64,000 nucleotides of DNA from an uncultured delta proteobacterium. GTDB lineage: Bacteria; Myxococcota_A; Polyangia; Fen-1088. Numbering within the stretch: position 1 is the first letter of the stretch; each line of letters opens with the position of its first letter. Under the pieces are notes generated by a model, which saw nothing but the letters and a program-made list of their open reading frames with translations, made no database searches and was not told the DNA's origin. The DNA is taken from NCBI GenBank assembly GCA_963737265.1, contig CAVTRY010000007.1:416001-480000 (forward strand). Reading direction: 5' to 3'. Positions 12,168 through 23,187 of the stretch are shown here, piece by piece. A program made the translations under genes and the position numbers.

Positions 12168-12808
12168 GCCCGGTTGACGCTCTCCTTGGCGGCGTAGACG
12201 GCGGCGGCCGACAGCGAGGCGATGGCGGCGGCGGTCTTGATCGCCTCCTCGACCAGCGAGGCGGCCGGCACGATGCGCGAGACGAGGCCGGAGCGCTCGG
12301 CCTCGGCCGCGTCCATCATCCGGCCGGTCAGGCACATCTCCATCGCCTTGGACTTGCCGACGAAGCGGGTGAGCCGCTGCGTCCCGCCCGCGCCCGGAAT
12401 GACGCCGAGCTTGATCTCCGGCTGACCGAATTTCGCCGTGTCGGCGGCGAGGATGAAGTCGCACATCATGGCGAGCTCGCAGCCGCCGCCGAGCGCGAAG
12501 CCCGCAACCGCCGCGATCACCGGCTTGCGCGCCTTGGCGACGTTCTCCCAACGCGAGATGAAATCGCCCAAAAAGACGTCGGCGAAACTCTTGTCCTGCA
12601 TCTCCTTGATGTCGGCGCCGGCGGCGAAGGCCTTGTCCGAGCCGGTCAGCACAATGGCGCCGATCCCCGGGTCGGTCTCGAAAGCCTCGAGCGCCTTGTT
12701 GAGGTCCTCGATCAGCGGCGACGACAACGCGTTCAGCGCCTGCGGCCGGTGGAGCCGGATGAGGCCGACTTTGCCGTGGGTTTCGACGAGGATGTTTTCG
12801 TAGGTCAT
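12035..12808 (-). CDS. Enoyl-CoA hydratase (crotonase)
   Basis: [44 protein letters not shown]. Confidence 0.93.
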   Translation of the reverse strand: MTYENILVETHGKVGLIRLHRPQALNALSSPLIEDLNKALEAFETDPGIGAIVLTGSDKAFAAGADIKEMQDKSFADVFLGDFISRWENVAKARKPVIAAVAGFALGGGCELAMMCDFILAADTAKFGQPEIKLGVIPGAGGTQRLTRFVGKSKAMEMCLTGRMMDAAEAERSGLVSRIVPAASLVEEAIKTAAAIASLSAAAVYAAKESVNRAYETTLSEGVRFERRIFHSLFATEDQKEGMKAFVEKRPAAFKNR

Positions 12809-13029
12809 GGCGCGCCTCCCTGGATGTGGCTTCCAGGGAGGCCTAGCCAATTGCCGCGCGCGTGAAAAGGGCCTGCGCGCAGCGTCAGCCGTCCCGCCGC
12901 CGCTGCGCGCACGGCCGCGCAGGCCGCGCCGCCTTCAGCCGTAGCATGCCGTAGCTCGCCGCGTTCGGAACGGGACGCGCCGCGGCTATGCGGACGGCGC
13001 CCCACGCTCGAGACGCGATTTCCGTCTTA

Positions 13030-13293
13030 TCAATAGTGGTGATAGTAGTAGTAGTGGTGGTGCGGCCGCCAGCCGTAGCGGTGGTAGTAGTAATGATGAC
13101 GCGTCATCGCATTGCCGACCGCCGCGCCGCCGATGCCGCCGACCACCGCGCCGACCGGGCCGCCGACCACCGCGCCGCCGACGGCGCCCGCCACCCCGCC
13201 CGTGACCGCGCCAGCCTCGTCGGCTTGTGCGCCGTACGAGACGCCGAACATCAGCCCCGCGGCCAAAGCCGCCGCGACAATCCGTAGGACCAT
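13030..13293 (-). CDS. Small secreted glycine-zipper protein with His/Tyr-rich tail
   Basis: GGAGG RBS; signal peptide; GGVAGAVGGAVVGGPVGAVVGG; tail HHYYYHRYGWRPHHHYYYYHHY. Confidence 0.75.
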   Translation of the reverse strand: MVLRIVAAALAAGLMFGVSYGAQADEAGAVTGGVAGAVGGAVVGGPVGAVVGGIGGAAVGNAMTRHHYYYHRYGWRPHHHYYYYHHY

Positions 13294-13516
13294 TACGCCT
13301 CCAATCCGTAATCGGGGACGGCGCAATGGCCGTTCCCGCGAAGTTGAACGCGTCATCAGCGCGAACAGTTCCGTGGACGTCGCTCACGAAGCCGGAAATG
13401 CGCAAGCCGGTCCGGCGCCGGTCGGAACGAGGTGACCGCGTCGGAAAAAGTCGTACACTTCGCCCATGGGCGCGGCGCCCCGCCCTTTTCAACCTTGAAA
13501 CGCCGAGAAACCGCCC

Positions 13517-15708
13517 ATGGAAACGCCCGTGCCTTCCGCTCCCGCCTCAGCCGCCTTCGCGGGCCTCGAGACCGCGGAAACCCTCACGCCGGACGAGATC
13601 GACCGGCGCGCCCGGGATTTGCGCGACCGGCTCAGCCTCGAGGAGAAGATCAGCCTCATGCACGGCCTGTTGCCGGTCTGGCGCGGACTTGCCGAGATGA
13701 CCGCCCCGAACGGCTATAGCAGCCGGGTCTGGCCGGCCGGCGAGATCGCGCGGCTCGGCGTTCCCGGCATCCGCTTCTCCGACGGGCCGCGCGGAATCAT
13801 TCTGGACGGCGCGACCACCTTCCCGGTGTCCATGGCCCGCGGCGCGACCTTCGACACGGACCTCGAGGAGCGCGTCGGCGACGCCATCGGCCGGGAACTG
13901 CGCGCGCTCGGCGGCAATTATTTCGGCGGCGTCTGCATCAACCTCTTGCGCCACCCGGCCTGGGGCCGCGCCCAGGAGACCTATGGCGAGGACCCGAGAC
14001 ATCTCGGCGCCATGGGGGCGGCGCTGACGCGCGGCGTGCAGCGCCACGTGATGGCCTGCGTCAAGCATTACGCCCTGAACTCCATGGAGAACGCGCGCTT
14101 CAAGGTCGATGTGACCATTTCCCCGCGCGCGCTGCACGAGATCTACCTGCCGCACTTCCGGCGTGTGGTCGCGGAAGGCGTCGCCTCGGTGATGAGCGCC
14201 TACAACAGCGTCAACGGCGAGTGGGCCGGGCAGAACCGCATGCTCCTGACCGACATTCTCAAGCAGGCGTGGGGCTTCGACGGCTTCGTGGTGACGGATT
14301 TCATCTTCGGCATGCGCGACGCCAAAACCGCGGCGCTCGCGGGACAGGACGTCGAGATGCCTTTCGCCCTCCTGTTCGACCGCGACCTCAAAGGCCTCGT
14401 CGAGCGCGGCGAGGTTCCGGTCGCAGCGGGTCGACGACGCCGCGCTTGCGCGTGCTGCGCCAGCAGGTGCGCTTCGGTCAGGGCCGCGACCCTCGGGACT
14501 ACGCGCCCGAGGTCGTCGGCTGCGAGGCCCATCGCAAGCTTGCGCGGGAGGCGGCCGAGAAGAGCATCGTGCTGCTCAAGAACGAGGGCGGCCTTCTGCC
14601 GCTTGAAGGGGTGCGGCGCATCGCCGTCATCGGACGCCTCGCCGAGGTTCCCAACACCGGCGACGGCGGCTCGAGCAACACCCGGCCGGCCTATGTCGTT
14701 ACGCCGCTGGAAGGCCTGCGCGCCGCTTTCGGCGGGACGGTCGCCATCGACAAGGACGACGGCGCCGATCCGGCGCGCGCCGCCGCCGTCGCAAAGAGCG
14801 CGGATGTGGCGCTCATCGTCGCCGGCTACACCCACGCCGACGAGGGCGAATATATTCCCCCGGACATTTTCGCCGCTTTCGTCCCGAGCTTCCCGCCGCC
14901 CGGGCCCGAGGACATGGCCTTTGTCCAGAGCATGCAGGCCGGAAACATGGACCCCGGCCTTTCGCTCGGCGGCGACCGCGAACGGCTGACCCTCAATCCG
15001 CGCGACGAGGCGCTGATTCAGGCGGTGACGGCGGCGAACCCGAAAACGGTCGTCGCCGTGATGGCGGGCAGCGCCGTGATCATGGAGGCCTGGCGCGAGC
15101 GCGCGGCCGCGATCCTGATGCTGTGGTACCCGGGCATGGAAGGCGGCCACGCGCTGGCCGACGTGCTGATCGGCCGCGTCAACCCGAGCGGCAGGCTGCC
15201 CTGCGTCTTTCCCGCCCGCGCCGAGGATCTGCCGGCGTTCGACCGAAACGCGACCAAGATCACCTATGATCTGTGGCACGGCTACCGCAAGATGGAGCGC
15301 GACGGCGCGGCGCCCGCCTTCCCCTTCGGCTTCGGCCTCTCCTACGCGCGGTTCGAATACGCGAACCTGCGGCTGACGAAAACCGAGCTTTCCGCTTCCG
15401 ACGTCATCGAGGCGACCGTGGAGGTGACGAACGCCAGCGAGCGCGCCGGCGAGGAGGTCGTTCAGCTCTATGTCGCCGCGATCGGCTCGAAGGTGGAGCG
15501 CGCGCCGAAGGAATTGAAAGCCTTCGCGCGCGTCGCGCTCGGGCCCGGCGAGACGCGCGCCGTGCGGCTTGCCGTGCCCGTCGCCGAACTCGCCTATTAC
15601 GACGAAGGCGCCGCGGACTGGGTGGTCGAGCCGATCGCCTACGCCGCGATCGTCGGCCGCCATTCCTTGGACCCGGGCGCGTTGCGGGCGGCGTTCACGG
15701 TCGTCTGA
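13517..15708 (+). CDS. GH3 beta-glucosidase with C-terminal Fn3-like domain (frameshift near 14430)
   Basis: SDGPRG, WGRAQETYGED, KHY, VMSAYN, VVTDF nucleophile, SIVLLKN, FPFGFGLSY, EVVQLYV. Confidence 0.92.
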
Positions 15709-15819
15709 ACGCGGCGGCGGCGGCGTTCGGGCGCCGGCTTGAAAGGCGACGTAACGGACGCCAGATTTCCCGCGAAGAGCAGCCGACATCATCATCTCGA
15801 CACGAGAAGGAGTTTCGTC

Positions 15820-16335
15820 ATGGCCGATTTCCCCTCACGCGCGGTGCTGGCTGGCGGCTGCTTCTGGGGCATGCAGGATCTGATCCGGCGCATGCCGGGC
15901 GTCCTCTCCACCCGCGTCGGCTACACCGGCGGCGATGTGCCGAACGCGACCTATCGCAATCACGGCGATCACGCCGAGGCGATCGAGATCCTGTTCGACC
16001 CGGCGAAGGTGAGCTACCGGGAACTGTTGGAGTTCTTCTTCCAGATCCACGACCCGTCGACCCGCAACCGCCAGGGCAACGACATCGGCCGCAGCTATCG
16101 TTCGGCGATCTTCTATACCGACGACGAACAGAAGCGCGTCGCGCTCGACACGATCGCCGACGTCGACGCCTCCGGCCTGTGGCCGGGCAAGGCGGTGACG
16201 GAGGTCGCGCCGGCGGGTCCGTTCTGGCAGGCCGAGCCCGAGCATCAGGACTACCTCGAGCGCTACCCGAACGGCTACACCTGCCACTTCGCCCGGCCGG
16301 GCTGGGTGCTGCCGAAGCGCGCCGCCGCGGAGTAG
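15820..16335 (+). CDS. msrA: Peptide methionine sulfoxide reductase MsrA
   Basis: [32 protein letters not shown]; AAGGAG RBS. Confidence 0.95.
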   Translation: MADFPSRAVLAGGCFWGMQDLIRRMPGVLSTRVGYTGGDVPNATYRNHGDHAEAIEILFDPAKVSYRELLEFFFQIHDPSTRNRQGNDIGRSYRSAIFYTDDEQKRVALDTIADVDASGLWPGKAVTEVAPAGPFWQAEPEHQDYLERYPNGYTCHFARPGWVLPKRAAAE

Positions 16336-16599
16336 GGCGCCTCGCCCGGCGGCCGCCGCCGATCGGGGACCGTTCGTCCGGTAGGTTGAAGGGCGGGGTG
16401 GTCGACCGCGCCTCGGTCGGGTCAGCGACCCCCTATAGCCCTGCGCTTCACGGCCTGTCTGGGAGCGCCGGCACAGCGTTGAATTTGTGGATACCTTCGC
16501 ACGAGCCGACCTTGGGCGGCCTCAAATATACTACAGACAATTGTTAATAATGTGAAAGAGTTGCAAGTTTGCGCACTGAGTGTTTGAAATCGCGCCCGA

Positions 16600-17439
16600 G
16601 TGCAATCCGGCGGCGACGAGCAGGTGCGCCGGTGGCTTCCCGCGGTGGCCGCCGGGACGGCCGTGGCCGCGTTCGCGCTGTCCGAGCCGGGTGCCGGGTC
16701 CGACGCCGCGGCGCTGGAGCTCGCCGCCGTGCCGGATGCGGAGGGGTGGCGGCTGACCGGCATCAAGACCTGGATCTCCAACGCGCCCGAGGCCGACTTC
16801 TACACGGTGTTCGCCCGGACCACACCGGGCGCCGGGGCCCGCGGGGTCAGCGCCTTCCTGGTCCCGGCGGACCGGCCGGGGCTGTCCGGCACGCACCTGG
16901 ACATGGTCAGCCCGCACCCGATCGGCACGCTGGCCTTCGACGGGGTGCCCGTTTACCGGGACGAACTGCTCGGGGAGCCCGACCGTGGCTTCGCGGTGGC
17001 AATGCGGACGCTGAACCTGTTCCGCCCGAGCGTGGGCGCGTTCGCGGTGGGCATGGCGCAGGCGGCGCTTGAGGCGGCCTGCGAGTACGCGGCGTCCAGG
17101 ACCGTGTTCGGCGGCCCGCTCAAGGACCAGCAGACGGTAGCGCACCTGCTTGCCGAGATGGCGACCCGCACCGAGGCGGCCCGGCTGCTGGTGTACTCGG
17201 CGGCGGCGGCCCTGGACGCGGGGGCGGCCGGGGTCGCCGGGCGCAGCGCCATGGCCAAGCTGTTCGCCACGGAGACGGCTCAGTACGTGGTCGACTCGGC
17301 GGTGCAGATCCACGGCGCCCGCGCCCTGGAGCGGGGCCATCTGCTGGAACACCTGTACCGGGAGGTCCGGGCCCCGCGCATCTACGAGGGCGCCTCCGAG
17401 ATCCAGCGCACGATCATCGCCAGGCAACTGTTCAAGTAA
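16600..17439 (+). CDS. Acyl-CoA dehydrogenase, N-terminus lost at junction
   Basis: [43 protein letters not shown]; starts abruptly mid-protein. Confidence 0.88.
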   Translation: MQSGGDEQVRRWLPAVAAGTAVAAFALSEPGAGSDAAALELAAVPDAEGWRLTGIKTWISNAPEADFYTVFARTTPGAGARGVSAFLVPADRPGLSGTHLDMVSPHPIGTLAFDGVPVYRDELLGEPDRGFAVAMRTLNLFRPSVGAFAVGMAQAALEAACEYAASRTVFGGPLKDQQTVAHLLAEMATRTEAARLLVYSAAAALDAGAAGVAGRSAMAKLFATETAQYVVDSAVQIHGARALERGHLLEHLYREVRAPRIYEGASEIQRTIIARQLFK

Positions 17440-17698
17440 CGCCTCCGGTCCGGGGGGGTGCCCGGGCCCCGGTGTCAACCAGGTACCCGGGCCGGGATGT
17501 CAACCGGCCGATCGGGCCAGGCGTGTTTCATAGACCCCGTTTTCAACCATTGTCGGCACTCTCCGGGATATATGCGGACAGCCAGCACGGAACCCGGCTT
17601 ACAACGCCACCGCGGGGGCGGAGTTGCAGGTGCGGGGTGCCGATGGGTTCCAGAGCCTGACCGCACCACAGTTGCTTACCGGTATTAGGGGAGACGCG

Positions 17699-19151
17699 AT
17701 GAAACGCATCGCCCGGCTGGCCGCCCTGGCCCTGGTCACCATTGCCGGGCTCGCCCCGGCCGCCGCGCTGTCCCCGCAGCGTGCCCTGGCGTCCGCCGGA
17801 CCCGGGCCGCGACCAGTACCGGCGGGACCAAGCGGTGGGCAACGAGCTACCGCGACCACATCCAGGAGAATAGTGCGCAGGCCGTGGTGGCGAGTCCCGA
17901 TGGCTCGGCGGTGTTGGTCACCGGCATCGCCTACGATCCGTCCACCGGGCTCGGGCATGCCCCACGGTGGCCTACGACGCGGCGACCGGCGCCCGGCGCT
18001 GGGTGGCCCGCTACTACGGCCTCGGCGTCAGCGCGCCGTTGTCCATCGCGATCAGCCCGGACGGGTCCAGGCTCTTTATCGCCGGCGACACGACACCGCA
18101 GGGATTCCGCCCTGCCGACCCGGGTTCGCGATCGTCGCCTAAGACTCCGGCAGCGGCACCATGCTGTGGGGCACAGCACCCGTTCGGCTCCGGCCTGGCG
18201 ACGGCGTTGACGGTCAGCCCGGACTCCGCCGTTGTGTACGCCAGCGGCACTGTCGGGGACTTTATCGATGGCCTGGGCTCCGTGGCCTGAGGCTTGCGCC
18301 TACAACGCTGCGACCGGGACCCGTGAGTGGCTGGCCGTTTATCACGGCTTGCGGCCCCGCGCGGAGGCGCAATCGGTCGCAGCAAGCCCCGGATGGCCAG
18401 AGGGTTTTCGTCAGCAGCCCCGTCACCAGTTCCTCCGGCAGCCCGCTCATCGCCACGCTGGCCTATGACCCGGCCACGGGCACTGCCTTGTGGGCCCGGC
18501 TCGCCGCGGGAACAGCCATTGCCGGATGGGATCAGCGCTGGGCGGGACCTGGCGGTAGGCCGGACTCCTCGGCGGTGTTCGTCACCGGCATGATTACCGG
18601 CGCATCCGGCACATCCGCGGGCCATCGCGGTCGCCTACGCGGCAGCCAGGGGCGACGCTGTGGTGGAGGCGATATCTGGGCCCGCAGGGGGATAACGCGG
18701 GTAATGCGGTCGCGGTCAGCCCGGATGGGTCACGGGTGTTCGTCACCGGGCACAGCAACGGGACCACATCCCCGTACGCGCAGAACTTCGCGACGGTGCT
18801 TACAGCGCCGCCAGCGGGCGGCAACAGTGGGCCCGGACCTTCTCGGCGTCGAGCAGCCTCACTGCCGGGTTCACAGGCGCCGTCGCGGTCGGGGTGAGCC
18901 CGGACGGCGCACTGGTGTACGTCACCGGGACAGCGCCGGGGTTCCGGAGCAACAGCGCGAACTTCGCCACGATCGCCTACCGCGCCGCCGACGGCAGAAC
19001 GTCGTGGCAGGCGCGCTACCGGGGCCGCCGGGACTTCGCCGGCGCGAACTCCCTTGCGGTCGGCCCGACCGGGCAGGCGGTGTTCGTGACCGGCTTCCTC
19101 GGGGTTCACGACGGCTGCTGCAACTTCGAAACCGTGGCCTACCAGCCGTAG
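17699..19151 (+). CDS. Secreted beta-propeller repeat protein (PQQ/SBBP-like), multiple frameshifts
   Basis: Signal peptide MKRIARLAALALVTIAGLAPAAA; repeated (V/I)SPDGxxV(F/Y)VTG...T(V/I)AYxAATG...W units spread across frames. Confidence 0.7.
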
Positions 19152-19257
19152 ACGGCCTACCGGCCACCCGCGCCGGTGATCTGGTACGCCCGCCAGGCCC
19201 ACGCCTCCCCCGCTGCCTTCGCCGCTGCCGTGCAGAACGGTGTTTCCGGCGGTTGGG

Positions 19258-19740
19258 TCAGCTGGGCCCGGCGGCGGCACGCGGGCCCAGCGCGGCCAGC
19301 TGCCCGGCCGCGGACAGGCGCACCTCGTCACCCACTCCGTCGTCGCAGGCGATGGCACGGAAGGCCTCGGCGGCGGCACGCGGGGCGACGGCGGGCAGCA
19401 GCTCGGCGGCGGACAGGCGCACCTCGTCACCTACTCCGTCGTCGCAGGCGATGGCCAGACAGCCCTGGGCGGCGGCACGCGGGTCCAGCCGGGGCAGTTC
19501 CCCGGCGGCGGACAGGCGCACCTCGTCACCCACTCCGTCGTCGCAGGCGATGGCCAGACAGCCCTGGGCGGCGGCACGCGGGTCCAGCCGGGGCAGTTCC
19601 CCGGCCGCGGACAGGCGCACCTCGTCGGCGACGCCGTCGTCGCAGGCGATGGCACGGAAGGCTTCGGCAGCGGCACGCGGGTCGTGCTCAGCCAGCTGCT
19701 CGGCGGTGGCCATGGGATCGTCATGGGCGTGGAAGTGCAT
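19258..19740 (-). CDS. HEAT-like repeat protein (four 33-aa repeats)
   Basis: AAAEAFRAIACDDGVxDEVRLSAAxEL units. Confidence 0.7.
   Translation of the reverse strand: MHFHAHDDPMATAEQLAEHDPRAAAEAFRAIACDDGVADEVRLSAAGELPRLDPRAAAQGCLAIACDDGVGDEVRLSAAGELPRLDPRAAAQGCLAIACDDGVGDEVRLSAAELLPAVAPRAAAEAFRAIACDDGVGDEVRLSAAGQLAALGPRAAAGPS
19280..19700. repeat. 99-bp tandem repeat, about 4 copies
   Basis: GGACAGGCGCACCTCGTC recurs at 19312, 19411, 19510 and 19609. Confidence 0.9.
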
Positions 19741-19795
19741 GGGTCTGCGGGCTTTCTGTGAGGACGGTTCAGCCTGTGGGTTCCGCTGGAGGTTT

Positions 19796-20068
19796 TTACT
19801 CGACGTCCCTGAGGACTTTTTGCACCTGATCCAGCTGGTCGCGTAGCTGGGCGAGCTGCATGTTGATCTCGCCGAGCTTCATGTCGGTGTGCTGCTGGGC
19901 GGTGATAGCCATCTCAGACAGTCGCCGGTACTCCTCGCTTGTGGTCACCTCGGCTCGTGTCTTCCTGCTGAGGGCAAGCTGCCGTCCCCACTGGAAGATC
20001 GCGTACGCGAGCAGGCCACCGACGACCAGGACGACGGCAACGAAGGCGACAGCGACCGTGCTACTCAT
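19796..20068 (-). CDS. Small membrane-anchored coiled-coil protein coupled to ArsR gene
   Basis: N-terminal TM, EEYRRL, C-terminal VQKVLRDVE; start overlaps the ArsR stop. Confidence 0.7.
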   Translation of the reverse strand: MSSTVAVAFVAVVLVVGGLLAYAIFQWGRQLALSRKTRAEVTTSEEYRRLSEMAITAQQHTDMKLGEINMQLAQLRDQLDQVQKVLRDVE

Positions 20069-20390
20069 GACCCACCTCTGAATCCCGCTCACTGGCCACC
20101 GTCAGGGTCGTGGCCGCGGCCATGATCGCCTGGGGTGTCAGCTGGATGGCGAACGGCATGACCTCGTAGAACTTCATGGCTTTCCCGTCCTCTGAGACCT
20201 CGATGGCGGCCGAGACCAGCCCGGCTGCCTCCAGCTTGCGCAGGTGGACCTGCAGGAGAGCCCGGCTGATGCCGAGCTCGCGGGCGAGCTGGCTGACGTA
20301 GTTGCGCTGCTTGGCCAGGGCCGCCACGACCCGGAGCCGGTGCGGGTTGGCCAGCGTGGCCAGCACCCGCAGCAGCCCGTCCCCGGTCAT
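20061..20390 (-). CDS. ArsR/SmtB-family winged-helix regulator
   Basis: LANPHRLRVV...YVSQLARELGISRALLQVHLRKLEAAGLV; AAAGGA RBS. Confidence 0.85.
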   Translation of the reverse strand: MTGDGLLRVLATLANPHRLRVVAALAKQRNYVSQLARELGISRALLQVHLRKLEAAGLVSAAIEVSEDGKAMKFYEVMPFAIQLTPQAIMAAATTLTVASERDSEVGHE

Positions 20391-20766
20391 GTCAGCGGCG
20401 TCCACAACGTCCTTTCTTGCACCTGCCAAACTAAGTTAGCATATGCCAAGATCGCTTGCAAGGGCGGCGTCCGCCGGCTCTGGGCACGCAGCTGCCAGCC
20501 GCCTTCCGCGACATTCCGCATCTGAAATAACCGTATTCCTATAATCCGCCACAATTTGTAGTTTTACCCATTATCGGGGTCCTCATCGGCATGACGGCAA
20601 AAGGCCCCCGCCCGGCCGCACATTTAAAAAGCCACTATGATTTCGCCGAAAGAGCAGGTGAGAGTTTCCAGCGGCATCACGCGCGCGCCGGGACCTGGAG
20701 CGAGGCAAGACTTCTTTCGGTTTGCGTGACCGCGTGAAGTGGGAAACAGGCGCGAGGGGGGGATGG

Positions 20767-22213
20767 GTGACGGATCTGCCTGCTGCGACTGCTCCAGGAA
20801 CCGCGCCGGTCTCGGTGGCACGGCTTGAGCCCGATGCGATCGGAGTGTCGCAAGACACCGTGATCGGCATGGCCTCCTCCGCCCCGGCGGTGTCGGTCGG
20901 GCTGACTCTGGCGGCACTCGCCGCGACGACCGCCTACGGCAGTGGGCCGGTCCTCGTCCTCACCGCGATCCCTATGCTCGTCATCGCCAACGCCTACCGG
21001 CGGCTGAACATGTGGAACGCCAACTGCGGCGCGTCCTTCGAGTGGGTCGGCCGGGCGATCAACCCCTACCTCGGATTCATGACCGGCTGGCTGATGATCT
21101 CCGGTTACCTCATCGGAGCCGTGGCCGGCGTCGAATTCATCGGGCCGACGGTCCTCGCCGTGTTCACCACCAGTTCCGGCAGCACCTGGGCAGATATCGG
21201 CATCGCCACCGGCGTCGCGCTCGCCATGCTGGTGATCGCGGTAGTAGGCATCCGCATCACCGCGCAAACCCAGGTCGGCATGGCGGTGGTGGAATACACG
21301 ATCCTCATCGGCATCGCGGCCGCGGGCCTGGTAGCGGTGCTGCGCCACGATCACGGCACCTTCCCGATCACCAAGGGCTGGTTCAGCCTCAGCGGAATCG
21401 GCGGGCACGGCAGCGTTCTGGGCGGCCTGCTCATCGCCGTCTTCATCTTCAGTGGCTGGGAAGGCTCCCTTTACGTCAACGAGGAGGTCAAGCGCCGGCA
21501 CACCAACCCCGGGCCGGGCCGCCATCCTCGCGGTCGCCCTCCTCACCATCATCTACGCCATAGCGGTCATGGGCCTGCAAGGAGTCGTGTCACCGGCCAG
21601 GCTGCAGGCCCACTCCACGGCCGCGCTCACCTACGCGGCACAGGCCCTCGGCGGCCCCAGCCTGGCCAAGGTGATGGCGCTCTCCCTCGCCCTGTCGGTC
21701 ATCGCCGCCACCCTCACCAACATCGTGCTCACCGCCCGGATCATCTATGGCATGGCCTGCCACGGCACACTGCCAAGACTCCTCGGTAACGTCTCCCGGC
21801 GGTTTTCCACCCCGGCCCCCGCCAGCATCCTCGTCGGCCTGATCCTCGTCATCCTCACCTGGGTGTACCTGCTCGCCAACTCGGTACAGGACGCCTTTAC
21901 CGCCGTGATCGACGTCAGCGGCCTGCTGTTCGCCGTCTTCTATATCCTCACCGCGCTGGCCACCATCGCCTATTACCGGCGCCGCGTTCTCACCAGCGCC
22001 TGGAACGCCCTGGTCCTCGGCGTACTCCCCATCACCGCCGCAGGGTTCCTGGCCTGGATCGTCGCTGAATCGGTGCGAAATGCCCCCGCGGCAGAACTCT
22101 GGTCGCTGGCCGGCGTTATCGCCATCGGTCTCGCCGCGATGGCCTTCGCCCGTTTCGTACTGAGACCAGCCTTCTTCCATATCCGGCGGGAGAGCGACAC
22201 CCAGGCACGCTAG
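20767..22213 (+). CDS. APC-family amino acid/polyamine permease (frameshift near 21515)
   Basis: GMASSAPAVS, CGASFEWVGRAINP, FSGWEGSLYVNEE, RRFSTPA; about 12 TM helices. Confidence 0.9.
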
Positions 22214-22250
22214 GCCGGCACCGAAGCCGGGCCAGGCAGGGTCTGCGGGG

Positions 22251-23079
22251 TCAGCGGCCTTGCCAGCGGGGGTCGCGGCCCTCGGTGAAGGCGGCGTGGA
22301 ACTCGGCGTAGTCCTGGCCGGTCATCAGCAGGGCCTGCGTCATCGCTTCCAGTTCAACCGCAGCGGACAGGCTCATGTCCTGCTCGCGGGTGAGCAGGGC
22401 CTTGGTCTGCGCGTAGGCGTGGGCCGGGCCGGTGGCCAGCCGCCGGGCCAGCCGGTCCACCGCCGCCGTCCAGTTCGCCCTCGGCCACCAGTTCGCTGAT
22501 CAGCCCGATGCGCTCGGCGTGCGCGGCGTCGATGGTGTCGCCGAGCATGAGCAGCTGGGTGGCCCGGCCCAGGCCCACCAGGCGCGGCAGCAGGTAGGCG
22601 GCGCCCATGTCCCCGCCGGACAGGCCGACCTTGGTGAACAGGAACGCGAACCGTGCCGCTGGGGTGGCCACCCGGAAGTCCGCCGCCAGCGCGATCACCG
22701 CACCGGCACCGGCCGCCATGCCCTGCAGCCCGGCGACGATGGGAATCGGGCACTCCCGCATGCCCCGGATCACCTCGCCGGTCATCCGGGTGAACGCCAG
22801 CAGTTCGTCCTGGCCCATGGCCAGCGTGGCGCCGATGATCTCGTGGACGTCCCCGCCCGAGCAGAACGCCCGGCCGGAGCCGCGCAGCACCAGTACCCGG
22901 ACGTCCCCGCGGTGCGGCAGCTCGGCCAGCAGGTCCCGCAGGTCGGCGTAGGAGTCGAAGGTGAGCGCGTTCAGCTTGCCCGGCCGGTCCAGCGTGACGG
23001 TGGCGATCCCGTCGGCGCATTCGAACCGGAAATGCCGCCACTCCTGCGTCAGCGGGACCGATCCGCGAAACGGGCTCAT
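22251..23079 (-). CDS. Enoyl-CoA hydratase family protein of anthranilate/salicylate-CoA clusters (frameshift near 22465)
   Basis: AFCSGGDVHEIIG, AAGAGAVIALAAD, LFTKVGLSGGDMGAAYLLPR, EAMTQALLM. Confidence 0.85.
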
Positions 23080-23187
23080 GGGCGCACCTCCGCACGTCAC
23101 GATATCTCGGTCCATTGACTGTCGTCAGAGACAGGTGAATACTGGTGCTACCCCGCCGCGGCGGGTGCCGAACGAAGAGGGGCCGCA

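Noticed and set aside
19280-19700. CRISPR array
   Set aside because: Units are similar along their whole 99 bp with no unique spacers, are in frame and coding, and there are no cas genes.
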